DNA from: Zygnema circumcarinatum SAG 698-1b
Lineage: Eukaryota > Plantae > Zygnematophyceae
Direction: 5' to 3'
Assembly (NCBI GenBank): GCA_037447605.1
Contig: CM074804.1
Span: 2,728,001-2,792,000, forward strand
DNA: 64,000 nt
Below the pieces are notes generated by a model. That model was given only the letters and a program-made list of their open reading frames with translations. It searched no databases and was not told the origin of the DNA. The position numbers and the translations under genes were made by a program. Shown piece after piece: positions 58,256 to 64,000 of the stretch (position 1 is its first letter; every line of letters starts with the position of its first letter).

Positions 58256-61200
58256 GACACCATCCACCATCCACCGTTTTCCACGCTTATTATTTCCTTT
58301 TCATGTACTTCAGATCTTGGAAGATCTACTGGTATCATCAACTGAGCTCCAAGGATAAGCGCATGTCTTGAAAAACAAAAAAATAATCTATTTCAGTTCT
58401 ACTTATTTTTTAATTGTTTTAATCTTTAAAAACAAAGAAAGGCGGGCGAAGCGATTCTTATCTTTAAATTGTAACGAGGAGGAGGAGCCAACGCTCACTT
58501 GGGTCTTTTTGGGTGTCCGCTTTGACGAGATAGAGGAGAAAGGTGGGAGGAGAGAGAGTATGCAAAGAGGGAGAGGGGAGAGGGAGGGGGATAGGGAGAA
58601 GGAAAGAGGAGAGATGGAAAAGGGGAGGTAGATGGGAGAGGGAAGAGGGAATAGGGAAGAGGGAAGGGGAGAGGGAGCGGGTAAAGGGAGAGGGAGAGGG
58701 AGTGGGGAGAGGGAGTGGGGAGAGATAGAGGGACAGAGAACGGGGAAGAGATAGCGCACCATTTCCTTCACATTGCTTGCTTTAATCTCATAGTTCCCTG
58801 GGTTTTTTTTTTTTTATCATTCTTGTCAAGCACCTTAGCATATTTTTATAACCGAATTAATGTACAATTTCGTCCGTCTATATAACTGACTTTTCTCTGT
58901 AATTTTCGGATTCTATTTTCCCACGTGGGCCTGCTTCTGTCTCTGTTTCAGGAAATGGGTTCATCCGAGCCACGGTTCCGCTGATCAATAACGAAAAATG
59001 GAATTCCCGTTTTCAGCAGGGCAGCGGACAAAGGGGAATCACGAACTCTGCGATTCCACCGACAGCCGACGTCGCAATAGTGGGGGCCGGAATTGTGGGC
59101 CTTGCAACTGCACGGGAAATTGTAAATCGGTATCCCAAGGCGAAGGTGGTGGTGCTTGAAAAGGAGAAGGATATTGTGGCACACCAAACAAGCCATAATA
59201 GGTATGTTTTCTCGAGGAATGAACATGACAGATGAAACATGAAACATGTTCACAATTGTAATCCTTGTTGACTCGACATTTTTCATTTCGCTTAACATGA
59301 CTTGAACTGACTCTATGGTTGTCTGCAATTCCAAAGTGGTGTGATCCATGCAGGCATATACTATGAGCCGGGCAGCCAAATGGCAAAACTATGCGTCAGC
59401 GGTGCCCGCAAAATGTACGAATACTGCGCGGCTAAAAACTTGCCTCATAGTCGAGTCGGAAAGCTGATCGTAGCAACTTCCGAGGAGGAGTTGCCGCTCT
59501 TGGAGGACCTGTATCACCGTGCGACGGTACGTTTCTAAGTTAATTCTGGATGTTTTAACTTCAAGAGGGAGGGAGAGCGAGGGAGGGAGAGATGACCTAT
59601 GAAAGAAGAGATGTAATCACACTTGCGCATAACTTATTCCCAGTAAGCTTTTGGTGGGTCAGTAGGCAAATAAAGTGGAAGGTTTAGAGCTTGTGGACGG
59701 AAAGCGCGTGAAGGAGATGGAGCCGCGCGTGGAGGCCCTCCGCGCTCTGCACTCGCCCAACACGGGGATTGCGGACTATGCGGCGGTGGGGAGGGCAATG
59801 GGGAGGGACTTCCTGGACTCGGGACGAGGGGAGATAAGGACCGGGTGGGTAGGAGAGAATGTGGGAGAGGGAGAGGGGGATGGGGAGGGAGAGCGGGGTA
59901 GGGGAAGGGGGGAGGGGGAGGGATGGGAAGCGAGGGCGGTGGAGTGGAGGGGGAGGTGGGGGAGGGGGAAGGGAGGGGAGAGTGGGGAATGGAGAGAAAA
60001 GGGAAACAGGGAGATCACGTTGGGGCGGAGGGGATTGGGAGGGGGAGGGAGGGGAGGAGAATGGGAGGGAAGGGGAGGGAGGTGAGAGGGAGGGAGAGAG
60101 GGAGGGAGGGGGGGTGAGTGTGGGAGGGCGATGGGAGAGATTGTGGGGGAGGGAAGGAGGAGGGGAGGGGAGGAGGGGAGAGGGAGGAAGAGGAAGGCGA
60201 GTGGAAACAGGATGGGAGAGGGGAGAGACGGGGAGAGGGAGACAGGTGAATTAGTTGGAGACAGGTGGATGGGAAGTAGGGAGAAGCGAAAGGTTTGGGG
60301 GGCAGTGGAAGGGAGAAGGTGGGGGAAATTGGAGAAGATGGGAGAGAAAACAGAGAGAACTTTGTCGATGCATACAAGGGGAAAGGAATAAAACAACTTG
60401 AGCTTATCTTTGCTTCTCACAGGTTCAAAGTGACGGATGTCGACGCTAGCGAGAGCTCCATTGAAATCATGAGCGAGGACAAACGGTCAATCAGAGCGCG
60501 CCACCTCATCACCTGCGCGGGGCTTCAAGCCGATATTGTAGGACGGAAGGCGGGGGGAGCGAAGGGTCCCATGGTGCTTCCGTTCCGTGGAACGTATCAC
60601 GAACTGAAACCAGAGTATCGGAATATTGTTACACGGAACATATATCCCGTTCCAAATCCCAAGTAAGTCATACTTCTCATTCATTTTTTCGGTCGTTATC
60701 TTATCATAGTCAATATGGCGACATCGCCAGCTTCCAAACTTCTTGAATTCGAAACAAGTGAAACTAAATACATAAATAAAAACGCGAAAAAACTCGACTG
60801 CATGTCACGTTCTAGGGCAACTCCCTCCTACAAGATGCAAGTCTCCCTCCCTTCCTCTCGCTCCTCTCCCTACCTCATCCCCCCTTCGATCTGGGAGGGA
60901 AGAGAGGGGAAAGAGGTAGATGCAGTCCCACTTCTGTTAACTAATTTTGTCAAATTTATGATCAGATTTCCCATGGTGGGAGTGCACCTGACGCCGAGAG
61001 TCGATGGGCGCGTGCTGATTGGTCCGAACGCGGCCCTGGCGGCGGCCAGAGAGGGGTACTCCTTCTGGCAGGTCCGCCCCCTTGACGCGCTGCGGTGTGC
61101 CTCCAACCTCGGCCTGTGGCGGCTCGTCTTGGGGAACCTCGGAATCGTGGCGCGAGAAATAGTGCGGGACCTCAGTCCGAAAGCCTTTGTAGCCGAAGCC

Positions 61201-61574
61201 CAAAAGTAAATACTTCTTTTTCTTTCGCCACCCCCCTTTTTTTTTTTTTTTTTTTAGTTCGGACTGCGCTTTGGTGGTTTTCCAGTGGTTCTGTTACTAT
61301 GGTTTTCTGTAGCTTTTTTGAATGCTTTTTGTACAGGTACTGTCCGACGTTGAAGCTCGAGCACACGACGAGTGGGTGGTCGGGCGTGCACGCGGTCGCG
61401 ATCGCGCCCACCGGAAAGATAATCGGCGAGTTTTTGTTCGAGAACGGGCGCGCGGGGAAAGTGCTGAACGTGCGCAACGCGCCCTCGCCCGCCTGCACGG
61501 CCTCGCTCGCCATCGCGGAGGCCGTGGTCGACCGCGCGGCCGCCGACTTCGGCTGGGGGGCCGACAGCCTGTGA
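58126..61574 (+). CDS. L2HGDH: L-2-hydroxyglutarate dehydrogenase/oxidase (FAD), LhgO/animal-type; 5' exons approximate
   Basis: [33 protein letters not shown]|[30 protein letters not shown]..|..[12 protein letters not shown]..|..[25 protein letters not shown]|[22 protein letters not shown]..|..[27 protein letters not shown]. The start at 58126 ([14 protein letters not shown], transit-peptide-like) is tentative. Confidence 0.92.
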
Positions 61575-63614
61575 CGTGACGTGATGTGACGCGGGGAGGG
61601 ACGTCGGGGTCCCAATTGAGTGCCGAGTCTCCTTTTGGGGGGGGTTTCTTGTAAGAAAGAAATTGGGTTGTGGTTGAACGTGTGCAGGGGGGGTCTAGTA
61701 GCAGTAGCTCTCCGTTCTTTGGAGGAAATCCTTGTCAAGACGACCCGAGTGCTCAGCCACCCTTCTGTTTGAATGCGCGTGGTTTGGGTGTTGTGAGAAG
61801 AGGATTTTGAGAGAATGGGATTGGGGATGGCTTGAAGCTGGACATGGACATTGGAGGGCGCATGACGTCATGGTTCGCTGCGAGCCATGTCGCAGAGGTG
61901 CATTTGAACCACGATGATGTCACGCATGTCTCTTGCCAAAGCCAATGAACACACGAACGCCATGCCATGCCATGTACGCTGAGGGTGCGCTTTCATGGTT
62001 CAACTTTCTTCAAGAGGAGAAGATGTGGCAGTGATCTCACGGTGGCGATGCAATCAAATGTACATGGACAAAATCAGCATGGGGAACCACGAAAACTGGT
62101 CACATCTCGAACCTCGGGTCAAACTAACGAAATCTTAAATCACCATTGAATTTTCGACACGTGGCACACCGCGCCAGCATCTCACGGGCAATCCAGTCAC
62201 CACGTGGCGCTTAGCTTTCGCTTGAAGGTTAAAGGTCAACCAGTTGCACCGGATCGAGAAAACTTTCGTTGAGGTTGGAAACTCGCCACGCCGGTTTGCA
62301 ACCCGGAAAAGCTTCGAGCAGAAATCGCGTCATTTTGCGGTTATGTTCGCGGTTTTTGCGCGCCTTTTTTTTTTTTGGCGGAACGGCCCGCGGTGAGGTG
62401 AAACGTTTCCTTTCACTGACCGGAGACCGGCGGAGACAGCGGCAAGTGCGACGGGCAGCGGCTGATGGCCCGCACCCGCGCCTAAGAACCTACTTTTCGG
62501 TCACCTCAAAAGTTTACTCGACTCGTTCTTTCCGATTTCACAAAAACAATTCACATTTCGGTTTCTGGCGGGCGTTCCTCGACGGCAACGTGGCAGCCTC
62601 GGAGTGGCTGCGGCAGGCTGGCGGCATGCAGAATTTCTACCCGAAACAATTTGACGCCCTACCGTCCAACTGGTCCGTACGGCCCAAGCGATCGAAGGAA
62701 AAGTGCGAGAAAAATTCGGACGGCCGTACAGCGCCACGTCACTCGCGCTGAAATGTTGAAATTCCACTTCCCAAGATCCACTCCTCCGTACACGGTTCAG
62801 GTTTCGGTTGGGCCCTGCCCGTTCTCCTGCCCGACTGTTCAGGGGCTTTCCGCTCCGCCTCCGAATACGACGAACGGCCAAACCGATAAAAGTTCTGACC
62901 GACGGATCTTTAATACTTCAGATAGCCTGGCTGCTGCCATGCGTCCGAAAGAGACAAACAAACGCGCCAGGTTTAAGATTCTTCTAGAATCTAGTGCGTA
63001 TCATTTCAACCAGTTCAGATTCTAACTAATGAAAAAGACAAACGAATTCGTACAAAGTCGTATCAGATTGCGCTATCTATTGCTGCCTGTACAGGCTCAG
63101 ATAGATTTGACCGCAAGACGACAAGCTACCTTGGACTTGCCCTCCCTTTACTCCTGCCGCTTCCGCTACCCGCCCTCATTTTGTCGTTTAGTTCATATGT
63201 TCGTACGCATCATGCAGGGAAAAACGGCGGCGCATTCCCTTGTCGGCAGAGATTGTCGGTAGGGCGTGTTCGTACATCCCTTTGTCCGCACTAGGCCGCC
63301 CACTTGTCGGTCGGGCGCCCGCCCCTGCCGCCCGTACACTCAGCATACATAATCCTGCGACTTCGTGCGACTTAATGCGACCGAATGCGACGCACGTTTT
63401 CCTCGATGCGACGCGCAGCGTCTGTCGCAAGCGGCTCCTGGCCAGCGCGGGCGCGTGACGCCTGTCACGCCCCCGCCTGGGCCTGCACCTGGCGGCCGCA
63501 ATTCCCCTCTAAGAGCGACAGCAGCTGCTCCCGCCAATTGCCACTACTCTCCCTCGCCCTCTCCATCTCGCTCTCCCTCTCCGCTTCCCCCCGCATGCTC
63601 GACAGCCTCTAGCC

Positions 63615-64000
63615 ATGGCTCCCTCTCACTCCCCCTCCCCCTTCTCCATTCGCCTCCTTCTCCTCATCCCCCTCCTCTCCCTCGCCTTCTCCCCTTCTCT
63701 CTCCCTCGACACTCCCGAGGATGAAACCGAGACGGTCGCCGTACGGATGCGTGGCAGGCCCCGAAGCGTTGCCCGCATGGCCGCCATGGAGGACGCCTTC
63801 TCCTCCGACTCCTTCATAACGAAGCGCGTCCTCCGCGTCCGACACCACTCCCCTCCCTCCCCCTCCCCCCCTCCCTCCTCCCTCTCCCGCTACCGCCAGC
63901 GCCGCCACCGCCGCCGCCAGCGCGCCGCCCAGCGCGCCGCCGAAGCCCTCAACCACACCCGGCCGCATGCCGCGGACGCGCCGGCCCCTTCGCCCTCGCC
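63615..64000 (+). CDS. 5' end of a probable secreted or membrane protein (runs off the window)
   Basis: ATG 63615 gives MAPSHSPSPFSIRLLLLIPLLSLAFSPSLSLDTPEDETETVAVRMRGRPRSVARMAAMEDAFSSDSFITKRVLRVRHH..., a signal-peptide-like hydrophobic stretch. It lies downstream of a CCGTAC/G-box island. Confidence 0.5.
   Translation, partial: MAPSHSPSPFSIRLLLLIPLLSLAFSPSLSLDTPEDETETVAVRMRGRPRSVARMAAMEDAFSSDSFITKRVLRVRHHSPPSPSPPPSSLSRYRQRRHRRRQRAAQRAAEALNHTRPHAADAPAPSPS

Overview
Eukaryotic, intron-rich nuclear DNA from a streptophyte. It is most likely a zygnematophyte or related charophyte alga (inference from gene content, GC-rich exons and low-complexity introns). No prokaryotic operons, CRISPR arrays, rRNA or tRNA genes were seen. 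Left to right: an unidentified coding-like relic (1-1.3 kb); an old degenerate Ty3/Gypsy LTR retrotransposon on the minus strand (1486-9930); a MyTH4-FERM (KCBP-like) gene with no kinesin motor visible in the window (-); a 4xCCHC zinc-knuckle gene (+) whose first intron holds a (CCCTAA)n array; a GT47 exostosin-type glycosyltransferase (-); an AHK5-like hybrid histidine kinase (+); an orphan GMP-synthase exon; an XTH (-); a secreted type-B carboxylesterase (-); a plant-specific coiled-coil gene (-); an LhgO/animal-type L-2-hydroxyglutarate dehydrogenase (+); and the start of a probable secreted protein (+). The most notable non-genic structure is: (i) two inverted (ATGCCC)n arrays bracketing a divergent promoter, which would load both 5' leaders with Met-Gly/His-Gly uORFs; (ii) CpG-rich upstream islands packed with CCGTAC/GTACGG and CCACGTGG motifs; (iii) a dispersed CAATGGTTG-iterated element and a second dispersed family, one copy of which forms a 22-bp hairpin; (iv) introns that are almost pure polypurine or polypyrimidine tracts with polarity switching inside a gene. 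Gene models were assembled by eye from GT-AG boundaries and remembered family motifs, with no database searches. Exon boundaries and start codons are approximate. Most ORFs in the supplied track are low-complexity artefacts.
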